DNA of 64,000 nucleotides from a virus: IMG/VR virus record IMGVR_UViG_3300009551_000003, positions 32,001 to 96,000 of that record; one strand, 5' to 3'. Shown piece by piece: positions 56,223 to 64,000 of this stretch (position 1 is its first letter; each line of letters starts with the position of its first letter). The notes under the pieces were generated by a model. It saw only the letters and a program-made list of their open reading frames with translations, ran no database searches and was not told where the DNA came from. The position numbers and the translations under genes were made by a program.

Positions 56223-56850
56223 GCATCAGCGTAGTCAGCGACCGATGCTCCCTACCCGACAAGATGTGGCGATTGTGCTTTGCGGAGGCGGTCCGGACCC
56301 CTTTGCCGAGCATGATCGCGCGGTCGCGCTCTGCGCAGAAGCCGGCAAACCGTATGAGCTTCTAGTCGGCAATGACATGATCGCCGAGTTTCCCGGTCCG
56401 GTCCACCATGCCGTGACATTGCATGCTGACAAGCTCAGTGCGTGTTTCACGGGTCCGCGCCGGAGCAAGGGATACCCCCTTCCGGACAAAGTTTGGTCAC
56501 ATAGACCCTATACTGGGGTCTCCGATTGGACCCGCGATTGGTCCGGCTCGACTGGGCTCTTCGGAGTCAAAATATTTCGCGAGCTAGGATTCGTTCATAT
56601 CATTCTGTGCGGTGTCCCCATGACGGTTGATGGCGGTCACTTCCTCCGCAAGCAGCCGTGGCATGATGCGACCAACTTCACGAAGGGTTGGGAAATGCGT
56701 TGGGCGCAACTCAAGCCCTACGTCCGAAGCTTCAGCGGATGGACCCTCCAGAATCTCGGGGAGCCGACCGTCAAATGGCTCAAGACCGAGATCGAGGACA
56801 AGCACCGACAGCCGGCGCCCCCGACGAGTGGACAGGGATTGAAAGCATGA
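56176..56850 (+). CDS. putative sugar-modifying enzyme
   Basis: GGG, VGND, GSTGLFG..IILCGVPM..SFSGWT; cluster context. Confidence 0.55.
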   Translation: MDINSVPLGHPFRLIEHQRSQRPMLPTRQDVAIVLCGGGPDPFAEHDRAVALCAEAGKPYELLVGNDMIAEFPGPVHHAVTLHADKLSACFTGPRRSKGYPLPDKVWSHRPYTGVSDWTRDWSGSTGLFGVKIFRELGFVHIILCGVPMTVDGGHFLRKQPWHDATNFTKGWEMRWAQLKPYVRSFSGWTLQNLGEPTVKWLKTEIEDKHRQPAPPTSGQGLKA

Positions 56851-57404
56851 TGTATCGCACTCCGCCGAACCCCAAGCAAAATTGCAAAGAGTATCGCTAT
56901 GACGGACCAACGCCTTGTCGGTATCCGCACTGCGATTGCATCAAGCCCGACTGGCCTAAGCCCAAGGGCTGCACCTGTACCTTGCTTCGCGAACGCGAGC
57001 GTTGCTATGAGCAGTGCGAACCGCCGCACTGGGGAATCCTCGAAGACACCACGCTGCTCAAGCCGAGGCTACCTCCAGTCCCGGGCGTGTTGTTCTTCGT
57101 CGTCGCGCTGATCCTCCTCGTGCTGTTCTCCGGACGCACGGCACGCGGCGCTGATGCTGACCCCTATTCATGCTATGGCGGCGGACGCTATGAGGCAATG
57201 AGTGAAGCCGCTCCCGCGTGCAATGATATGCCGCGATACTGTGTCGTCATCCGCAATATGGCGCGCAACTGCACATCAGCAAAACTGCTCGTCAAGATGT
57301 GGGGCACGAACAAGGCCGAACAGCGCGCTCGCGCGTGCGGCGCACTCGACACGGACATCACCGAGGCGAGGGCGTGTCTAAAGCAGGACGAATCGACAAA
57401 ATAA
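56847..57404 (+). CDS. Cys-rich membrane protein
   Basis: Central hydrophobic helix, many Cys. Confidence 0.5.
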   Translation: MMYRTPPNPKQNCKEYRYDGPTPCRYPHCDCIKPDWPKPKGCTCTLLRERERCYEQCEPPHWGILEDTTLLKPRLPPVPGVLFFVVALILLVLFSGRTARGADADPYSCYGGGRYEAMSEAAPACNDMPRYCVVIRNMARNCTSAKLLVKMWGTNKAEQRARACGALDTDITEARACLKQDESTK

Positions 57405-57494
57405 AGTTCCGCCTAGCTGCCTTGACAAAACGCCGCGTCTCCGTTAACCATGTTGGGAACCTCCGCAAATCCCCCAGCATGAAGGCGCTTGACC

Positions 57495-57875
57495 ATGTCG
57501 TTCTTGTCATTTTTCACTGATCTCCAGCTTCTCCTCATTGTTGCGGCCGTCGCATTCGTTGCCGGCGTTGTTCTTAGCACGCGCGTCAAAGACTGGTTCA
57601 AGGGAGTCCCGAGCGAGTTGCGTACCGCGCTCAACGGCGCCGAGACTTCAGCCCGTGCAGCGATTGAGCAAGCTCAGATCGATGTGCTCGCGAAGATTTT
57701 GCCCGGTGCTGCTCAGCCGAAGGCCCCGGCGCCCTTGGCGCCGACCGTCACCTTGACGCCGCTAGCCCCCGTCGCCGCTGCGGGTCCGGCTCCCCTTCTG
57801 CCGCCGCTTCCTGCCGCCGCTCCGCCTGTAGCCCTGGCCCCCGTCGCCGCTGCCCCGGCCGCCCCCGCCGCTTAA
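57495..57875 (+). CDS. membrane-anchored protein with Pro/Ala tail
   Basis: N-terminal hydrophobic helix; TTGACA upstream at 57422. Confidence 0.65.
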   Translation: MSFLSFFTDLQLLLIVAAVAFVAGVVLSTRVKDWFKGVPSELRTALNGAETSARAAIEQAQIDVLAKILPGAAQPKAPAPLAPTVTLTPLAPVAAAGPAPLLPPLPAAAPPVALAPVAAAPAAPAA

Positions 57876-57931
57876 CTCTGTTACCGATCGCCGGCATCTA
57901 TCGGCGATTGCCTACGGTATAGGTCACACCG

Positions 57932-58747
57932 ATGTCTCAGGTCACTTACATCGCGTTCACGGACCGCATGATCAAGCGGTATGAAGGCGGGTATGGATGG
58001 AACCGGGCTGATCCCGGCGGCCCTACCAAGTATGGCATCACGTGCTACGACCTCGCCGAGCATCGTGGCCTGAAGATGGATTCGATGGCGCGTTGGGCTC
58101 CGATCGTGGCAGCGATGGAGCTTCCCGAGGCCGAAGCCATCTATGCCAAGAAATACGCCGCCGGCATTCGCTATAGCGATCTCCCGGCCGGCCCTGACGC
58201 CTGCATGTATGACTACGGTGTCAACTCCGGCATCTCCCGTCCTATCCTCGTTGCGCATCGGATCGTCGGCACTCCCGGCACCGGCATGAGCCAAGCGCTC
58301 GTGGACGCAATCCGCAAGGTCGATCCCAACAAGTTCGTCGATCTGATGTGCGATGAACGACTTGCGTTCATGCACGCGATTCGCGGAGGTTCGGCGTGGG
58401 CTGAGTTCGGCAAAGGCTGGGGCGCACGTGTCTCCGATCTTCGAGGATATTCCCACCATCTCGCGACCACGGCCAGCACTGTCAAGGCGACAATTCCAAC
58501 GCCGGACGCCCCTGACCTGACCACTATAGCGATGCCAAAGGCTACCCACGTCGCCAAGACAGCCGGCAAAGTCACGGCTGGCGGAGCTATCTCGGCCGGC
58601 GCGTCCGCCGAGGTTGCCGGCGCCCCCCATTGGCAAGCTGCCGCGATCGTCATTGGCATCTTTGCCGCCGGCATCGCTTATGAGGCGTGGCAAGATTACA
58701 AGACGAATGCCGCGAACAATGTCGTCCACTTTCCCGTTGCTGCTTGA
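57932..58747 (+). CDS. endolysin, glycoside hydrolase family 108
   Basis: YEGGY....DPGGPTKYGIT, D.GVNSG, FGKGW..R; C-terminal hydrophobic helix. Confidence 0.92.
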   Translation: MSQVTYIAFTDRMIKRYEGGYGWNRADPGGPTKYGITCYDLAEHRGLKMDSMARWAPIVAAMELPEAEAIYAKKYAAGIRYSDLPAGPDACMYDYGVNSGISRPILVAHRIVGTPGTGMSQALVDAIRKVDPNKFVDLMCDERLAFMHAIRGGSAWAEFGKGWGARVSDLRGYSHHLATTASTVKATIPTPDAPDLTTIAMPKATHVAKTAGKVTAGGAISAGASAEVAGAPHWQAAAIVIGIFAAGIAYEAWQDYKTNAANNVVHFPVAA

Positions 58748-58756
58748 GGCTCTGCC

Positions 58757-59041
58757 ATGTATGAGACAATCAAAACGGGCGTCGTCGCATTTCATCAGTC
58801 GTTCCGCAAGTCGGCGACGATCTTCTTCGCGCGCCTCCAGCTTCTCCTCGCCGCGCTTTGGACCGTGCTGATCGCTACCGATCTAGCACCACTAATCGTG
58901 AATCCGAAATATGTCACGGCATGGCTGATCTTCAGCGGTTTCGTGACTGAGTATTGCCGGCGCCGGCCGGGCACCGGCACCCCGCTCGATCCTGTCGCGC
59001 CGGTCATTCCGTTCCAGCCGACCTCTGGCCCTTTGAAATGA
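58757..59041 (+). CDS. holin-like membrane protein
   Basis: Two hydrophobic segments, after endolysin. Confidence 0.55.
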   Translation: MYETIKTGVVAFHQSFRKSATIFFARLQLLLAALWTVLIATDLAPLIVNPKYVTAWLIFSGFVTEYCRRRPGTGTPLDPVAPVIPFQPTSGPLK

Positions 59042-59048
59042 GAACAAA

Positions 59049-59522
59049 ATGCTAGCCACAATTTTCGGCGGCATCGCCGGCCTCAGTTCATTTTTCAAGG
59101 GTCTCTTCGGCTCGATCGATCACGTCACCGACGCGATCTCGAATGAGAAGATCGCCGTCATCAATGCGAAGACACAGGAAGAGCAGATCAGTGCACAGGA
59201 ACGCGTTAATTCGCTGACCCTGCGACGCGATGTCATGATTGCCGAGGCCGCGACCTCTAGTCTCAACGTCAGAATGCGTTTTATGCTCGCGCTCGGCCCC
59301 TGTTACATCTTGCTGAAGATTTTCATTTGGGACAAGGGCATTGGACCGTTCTTCGGTTGCGTTGGTAAGTTGACCGGAGAAGCTGCGCAAGCCTGTCTCA
59401 GGTTCCAGACCGATTCTCTTGATCCTAATCTCTGGGGCGTCGTCATGGCTGTTCTCGGCTTCTATTTCCTCTGCGAAGGTGGAATCACAATCGCCAAGGT
59501 ATTCAAAGGGGCAGGGAAATGA
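59049..59522 (+). CDS. holin-like (3TM-type) membrane protein
   Basis: Hydrophobic segments, LGFYF motif. Confidence 0.6.
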   Translation: MLATIFGGIAGLSSFFKGLFGSIDHVTDAISNEKIAVINAKTQEEQISAQERVNSLTLRRDVMIAEAATSSLNVRMRFMLALGPCYILLKIFIWDKGIGPFFGCVGKLTGEAAQACLRFQTDSLDPNLWGVVMAVLGFYFLCEGGITIAKVFKGAGK

Positions 59523-59832
59523 GTGATGCTGATGACCAACGACAGGTCCGCCAGTCGATCGAGAATCTAGCAGGAAGAACGGCAGCAAGGGTCCTTGAAG
59601 AGACCCGAGCTTCCGATCGCGAGCTTGAAACAGCCAAAGCTCTCGGCGCCATGGGCGCAACATCATGACGTTGATGGTGCAACAAGAAGCTATGGACAAG
59701 AAGCTCGACAATGTCGTCGCCGTCGTCAATCGATGGAAGGGTGCGACCGCGCTCTTGATCATCGTCGGAGGTATTCTTGGATACCTCGGCAACTTCCTCA
59801 TGAAGTTCGCGGGCTTCACGGGCAAGGCTTGA
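59519..59832 (+). pseudogene. coiled-coil plus TM lysis-region gene split by a frameshift (or two coupled ORFs)
   Basis: 59519-59668 and 59665-59832 read as one continuous protein if one base is added at ~59661. Confidence 0.45.
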
Positions 59833-59874
59833 TTCGTCAACTGCGAATTTTCAAAACACGAAACGTGACCAAAG

Positions 59875-59909
59875 CGCTAGTTGTTAGAACTGGCGAATCC
59901 TGCTAATCT
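59875..59909 (+). promoter_or_regulatory. CGCTAG-class putative late promoter 5
   Basis: CGCTAG-TTGTTA-N17-TAATCT. Confidence 0.6.
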
Positions 59910-59934
59910 CTTTTCCAGATTCAGAGGACGCCCG

Positions 59935-60396
59935 ATGACTTTGCTCCAGCATGAAATTGACTACATCGCGAACCGCCTCCTCGACAAAATATCCGAACGG
60001 CTCGGCGGAATAATTCGAGCTACCATCCAAAAGGAAATGAAGCTGATGACTGACCAAGCTATTCTTGACCTCACTCAGGCTACCGACGCGATCGTAGCGG
60101 AACTGGCGGCGGTGGTTACCGCACTCCAAACCGACGCGAAGGCGCTCGCCGACGCCCTCGCCCAAGCTGCGGCGAACGCCGGCACGACTCTCGATCCGCT
60201 TATCGCGGCTCAGACCAAGCGGCTGACGGATGGAACCACGGCTGCTGTTGCGGCAGTTACCGCCCTTCAGGCGCCCGTCAGCACGTCCACCGCTGCCCCG
60301 GCTCCTTCGGACGCCCCGGCGCCGGCACCGGCCCCTGCCCCTGCGCCAGCCCCGGCAACCGATGCTCCAGCGACTCCGGCGGCTCCGACCGCGTAA
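59935..60396 (+). CDS. Ala-rich helical protein with Pro-Ala tail
   Basis: AGAGGA RBS. Confidence 0.65.
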   Translation: MTLLQHEIDYIANRLLDKISERLGGIIRATIQKEMKLMTDQAILDLTQATDAIVAELAAVVTALQTDAKALADALAQAAANAGTTLDPLIAAQTKRLTDGTTAAVAAVTALQAPVSTSTAAPAPSDAPAPAPAPAPAPAPATDAPATPAAPTA

Positions 60397-60415
60397 GACG
60401 GTCCAGCCGACCACG

Positions 60416-60454
60416 GAAAAAGCCCCGGGATGTGACCCCCGGGGCTTTTTCTTT
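60416..60454. terminator. bidirectional intrinsic terminator
   Basis: GAAAAAGCCCCGGG..CCCGGGGCTTTTTC between convergent operons. Confidence 0.9.
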
Positions 60455-60464
60455 GCGTCAATTT

Positions 60465-60797
60465 TCAGCGGAACTTGCAGGCCGGAACGAACCGGCCGCC
60501 GGACGGATGCAGTCGGCGGTATTCGTGACTCTTCGGGACTGACAAGGCGCCCATGTGTATCAAGCGGCGCCGCCGGTTGGTTCCGGCCGGGCGGGCAAAG
60601 TTCCGCCAGCCCTTGCGAGGATGCAGCCAAGCATGGTGGGTTCGGCGGACCTCGGGCTCGACCGCCGCATTATCACCCACCATGATCTCGGCAAGTTGAG
60701 CGGTTGTGATATCCTGTGCTCCAGCGGCCACGAGCGCGGCAGCGGCAGCTTTGATGCTCTCGACGAAGCTCGGCTTGGAGGTAGGAGGAGCATTCAT
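60465..60797 (-). CDS. hypothetical protein
   Basis: 110 aa, AGGA RBS. Confidence 0.6.
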   Translation of the reverse strand: MNAPPTSKPSFVESIKAAAAALVAAGAQDITTAQLAEIMVGDNAAVEPEVRRTHHAWLHPRKGWRNFARPAGTNRRRRLIHMGALSVPKSHEYRRLHPSGGRFVPACKFR

Positions 60798-60798
60798 T

Positions 60799-61248
60799 TC
60801 AAATCCTCATGGGTTCGAGTTGCAGGATCATCAGATGCCACGAATCCATTTCGCGCACAACCTCGAATCCAAATTTTTTGAAGAAGCCCGGCTTCTGTGT
60901 CCACAACGAGACAACGCTGCCGCCGCGAAGCTTGATCTCCGCGAGACGATGACGCGTCAGGGCCTCTCCGATGTGCAAGCCTTGACAGTCTTCAGCGACT
61001 ACGATCCAGATCAAATCGTAGTCACCCTTCATTCGCATTGACGGACAGTACGCCGCAAACCCGGCGAGGCCGCCTTCTGGCCAATCAGGTCTATCGACGA
61101 CGAAAAATTTCGGCGCGTAGGGACCGCCCTTATAGTATTCGATCATCTGATCGCGTGCGCGATCGGCGGTCTCGACACCCCAGTTGTCTCGGACAAGCTT
61201 GCATGCTTCGAGAACATCAGCGTAGAGCATTTCGCGAACTTCGATCAC
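60799..61248 (-). CDS. GNAT-family acetyltransferase
   Basis: V....QGLHIG.AL, FFKKFGF; GTG start coupled to upstream stop. Confidence 0.85.
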   Translation of the reverse strand: MIEVREMLYADVLEACKLVRDNWGVETADRARDQMIEYYKGGPYAPKFFVVDRPDWPEGGLAGFAAYCPSMRMKGDYDLIWIVVAEDCQGLHIGEALTRHRLAEIKLRGGSVVSLWTQKPGFFKKFGFEVVREMDSWHLMILQLEPMRI

Positions 61249-61688
61249 AACAGAGTTTTCCACCAATGCTTCTCGATCAAAATAATGGCATGGTTGATCT
61301 CGACCGCAAGCTCGGGCACTGTAAGGCCGGCGGCATAGATTGTGTCGGATGCACTCTCTGTCATCATGAGGTTGATCTTGTCGGCGCCCTCGAACAGACG
61401 GAAGTCGGTTCGGTAGTTGAGAATAAGCTTGGCCTTGGCGTAGCCGTACCCAAGCTCCCAGCACGTGCCACTGTCCGGGTCCGCACCGTCGAGATTGGCG
61501 AGCACCATATCTGCCCAGTCAATGCCGGCGACATCGGAGGCGAAGATCAGATCGGGCCGATCGGCGCGCTGCTCATGCTCTTGCGGCAGAAAAACTTCAT
61601 GGCCGAATCGACGAAGCGCTTCGGCCAGACAACGGTTGAAAGTTATTTCGGCCGTCGAGAAAAGCGGCCCAGCCATATAAATCTTCAT
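61245..61688 (-). CDS. nucleoside 2-deoxyribosyltransferase family protein
   Basis: IYMAGPLF, F.PQ, D.....AD, DSGTCWELGY, NLM. Confidence 0.92.
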   Translation of the reverse strand: MKIYMAGPLFSTAEITFNRCLAEALRRFGHEVFLPQEHEQRADRPDLIFASDVAGIDWADMVLANLDGADPDSGTCWELGYGYAKAKLILNYRTDFRLFEGADKINLMMTESASDTIYAAGLTVPELAVEINHAIILIEKHWWKTLL

Positions 61689-61960
61689 GCGTCCGGTCCC
61701 TTCCACTCAATGAACGGCGTCTGACAGCCACATGGACCGATGTCAGAATAATACGAAGGCCCAAGCCCAGAGCCCATCAACAGACCTTCGATGAACTCTC
61801 TCGTCGTGCCCTTGATCGGGAGCTTGTGCGTGATGCGAAGCATGTGACTGCCCTGCGATGGGTAGGAGAACGAGAGCTTCACGCCATGGGCCGCGAGCGG
61901 CGTCCATCTCGCGATTAGCTCCTGTATCTTGACTTTGGTCTCTTTCATCATGTCGGGCAT
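61685..61960 (-). CDS. hypothetical protein
   Basis: Coupled stop/start. Confidence 0.55.
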   Translation of the reverse strand: MPDMMKETKVKIQELIARWTPLAAHGVKLSFSYPSQGSHMLRITHKLPIKGTTREFIEGLLMGSGLGPSYYSDIGPCGCQTPFIEWKGPDA

Positions 61961-62373
61961 CAGACCGGCCCCTCGCGCAGCGAGCCGTTTTGAGTTGTCA
62001 GTGCATCGCTCTCGGGCCTGATCTCATGCACAGTGTACGGGTCTTCCCCGGGACCGTGCATCGGAGCGAATGGACGAACTTCGTCGGGACCGAACCGCAG
62101 GCTTTCGCCTAGTTCGTGATTCATGGTGCGGATGCACTGTTCGAAAATCCAGCGCCGCCAGCTTTTCTCGTTATATGTTGTGATCGGCACCGGATGGATG
62201 TGGTTGACGACCCATCGGCGCGAAGGATTGTAATTGTCAACGCCGTCGATCTGTATCACTAGCCGCAGGGCGCCGTCTTCGTTGATCAGATCAAACGACC
62301 AACCCGGCTTGCATTGGGTACTCGCTACGATTCGGGCGAGCAAGTCGAAAGTGTTTTCCGCTGTAACTTCCAT
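61960..62373 (-). CDS. hypothetical protein with HExxE motif
   Basis: KPGWSF..HELGE..F..PF.P.H; AGAGGA RBS. Confidence 0.7.
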   Translation of the reverse strand: MEVTAENTFDLLARIVASTQCKPGWSFDLINEDGALRLVIQIDGVDNYNPSRRWVVNHIHPVPITTYNEKSWRRWIFEQCIRTMNHELGESLRFGPDEVRPFAPMHGPGEDPYTVHEIRPESDALTTQNGSLREGPV

Positions 62374-62584
62374 TGATATCCTCTTTTTCGGTACGCCCGC
62401 TCCCGACAACCAAAGCGCGCTGTTGTCGAGAGCGTTTGGAGATGGGTTGACCGATTATCACCGGGCCGATCTCCAGCGTTCGTGAATAGCGGTATAAAAG
62501 AGGGCAGGGTTCTTGCATCATAAGCCCCTACCACGCCGGATGCTTAGCGGCGCCGGTTCTTGAGACCGCCCTCTTCTATGCCGC

Positions 62585-62764
62585 TCAGAATACTCCGAAC
62601 CAAACACCGATACCATGGATGACTCCGATCGGCGCAACGATACAACCGAAGAGGAGCAATATCCATGACGCTGTTTTGATGCAGACAATGACGTGCGTGG
62701 TCCACGCTGCGATGCAGGCCGTGGCTCCGACCACAAGGGCCGCGAGAGCAGAGATGGCTTTCAT
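62585..62764 (-). CDS. small membrane protein
   Basis: AW.THV..C......L..G....PIG.IHG. Confidence 0.65.
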   Translation of the reverse strand: MKAISALAALVVGATACIAAWTTHVIVCIKTASWILLLFGCIVAPIGVIHGIGVWFGVF

Positions 62765-62823
62765 TTGGGTTATGTTCCTCGTGTGGGCTGGCCGGAGCTT
62801 GGTAGCTCCGGCCCGAATCAATG

Positions 62824-63954
62824 TCAATCCCTTTTTGTCATCCTTGCGCCCTCGAACGTGCACCATGGTTCCCGCACCGTAGCCCGTTCCTTGGCGTCCA
62901 AATAAATCGGCCACTGCGCAGTGAACCCGCGCTTCGGATGGATGAATGCCAGAGCTTGCATCGGGCGAGTTGGCTTCGCGCGCAACACGAGTCGGGCGTA
63001 TTCGTTGTAGCCAATCAGTGAGCCGTTGGCCAGCACAGGCACCGCATCGCCGCGAGCGATATAGGTGTGATAGTGGCCGATCAAGAGGGTATCGAAGTCC
63101 CGGCCGCAAGCGGCTTCTGAGGAGCCGACCTTGATAGCGCCACGGGCGATCGGACCGAGCGCGCCAATGATGCCATCGCCTCCCTTGACACCTAGCGTAT
63201 CACCGTGCGTCAGCATGAAGCGGTGCCCATAGATCGCGAAGTGAGCATCGACCTCGTTTGGCACATAGATGTTAACCCTCGGGTCATCACGGAAGAAACG
63301 TTCGAGATGGCAGTACACAAGCCATTCGTATGAATCGAAGACGCGGTTCTTGGCGCGAGGCTTGATCGTGGTGCGGCCGTGATTGCCGGGCACGCAAGGC
63401 ACGAACACCTTGCCGAACTTGTCGGCGAGATCGAGGATCAGGCCAATCAATTGCTCCTCGACTTCTGCGACCGATAGCGTCACCGGGCCGTCGTTTGTCT
63501 CGCGAAGGTCCTCATGGATGGCGCCCGTGATCATGTCGCCGCCGAGACCAACGACGATGCCGGGATAGATCGGGTTTGTCATATGATGGAGGCAGAGGTC
63601 GATCGTGGCGTCGCGCAGGATTCGCACGCGCTGGCGAGCGATCTTGCGGTTGAAGGCGTTCATGCCGCCGACCTGATCCGGATCGACCGTCTCGCCCCAG
63701 TGCCAGTCGCTCAAAAGCAATAGTGGGACGCCGGTTGACTTGCCCGAAGGCTTGACGTCAACCCACTTCGGCGGCTCCGGTGTGTAGGCTTCGAGCCCGA
63801 GGATTTCCTCGCGGATGCGCTCAGCCGTGTCGTTGATCTGAGTTCGCTCGCGCAACTGCCGCTGTAGCTGGCGGACTTGTTCGTTCTTCTGGCGAATGAT
63901 CGCATTAGCATCGGCGAGCATGTCAGCGTCGGTCTTCTTCGGGGCAGAGGCCAT
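62824..63954 (-). CDS. calcineurin-like metallophosphoesterase
   Basis: SDWHWG, GGDM, PGNHGR, THGD, GHYH, NGSL.G motifs. Confidence 0.9.
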   Translation of the reverse strand: MASAPKKTDADMLADANAIIRQKNEQVRQLQRQLRERTQINDTAERIREEILGLEAYTPEPPKWVDVKPSGKSTGVPLLLLSDWHWGETVDPDQVGGMNAFNRKIARQRVRILRDATIDLCLHHMTNPIYPGIVVGLGGDMITGAIHEDLRETNDGPVTLSVAEVEEQLIGLILDLADKFGKVFVPCVPGNHGRTTIKPRAKNRVFDSYEWLVYCHLERFFRDDPRVNIYVPNEVDAHFAIYGHRFMLTHGDTLGVKGGDGIIGALGPIARGAIKVGSSEAACGRDFDTLLIGHYHTYIARGDAVPVLANGSLIGYNEYARLVLRAKPTRPMQALAFIHPKRGFTAQWPIYLDAKERATVREPWCTFEGARMTKRD

Positions 63955-64000
63955 CTTATTTTCTCCGTCTATTGCGAGTTTCAACGCCTTTCGGCGACTG

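Noticed and set aside
60300-60393. GC-rich tandem repeat
   Set aside because: Encodes a Pro-Ala linker tail.

Overview
This 64 kb window is part of a tailed dsDNA phage genome (siphovirus-type morphogenesis module, GC-rich). The host is probably an alphaproteobacterium, judging by a perfect CtrA box and a tRNA with an alpha-type tmRNA T-loop. Left to right it holds: small hypothetical genes and an RtcB RNA ligase; a promoter-driven RNA operon (a structured leader plus 8 tRNAs, several non-canonical); a divergent block of small early-type genes; a tandem array of 12 small, otherwise unrelated ORFs that all start with MKDxxGHGSxx(R/K/H)G, with a 13th tagged gene (ADP-ribosyltransferase-like) in the tail module; terminase small/large subunits and portal; two NPSEAR-tagged putative effectors interleaved with remnants of a MuF-like gene; scaffold, a fibre cassette and the major capsid protein; neck and tail genes; a GDP-fucose/glycosyltransferase cluster; lysis genes; and a convergent block (GNAT, nucleoside deoxyribosyltransferase, metallophosphoesterase). 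The strongest candidate for a new system is a peptide-tag cargo system, in which short portable N-terminal and internal motifs are grafted onto diverse small proteins in late-expressed loci and may act as capsid-loading signals. All family assignments come from reading motifs by eye; no database search was run.
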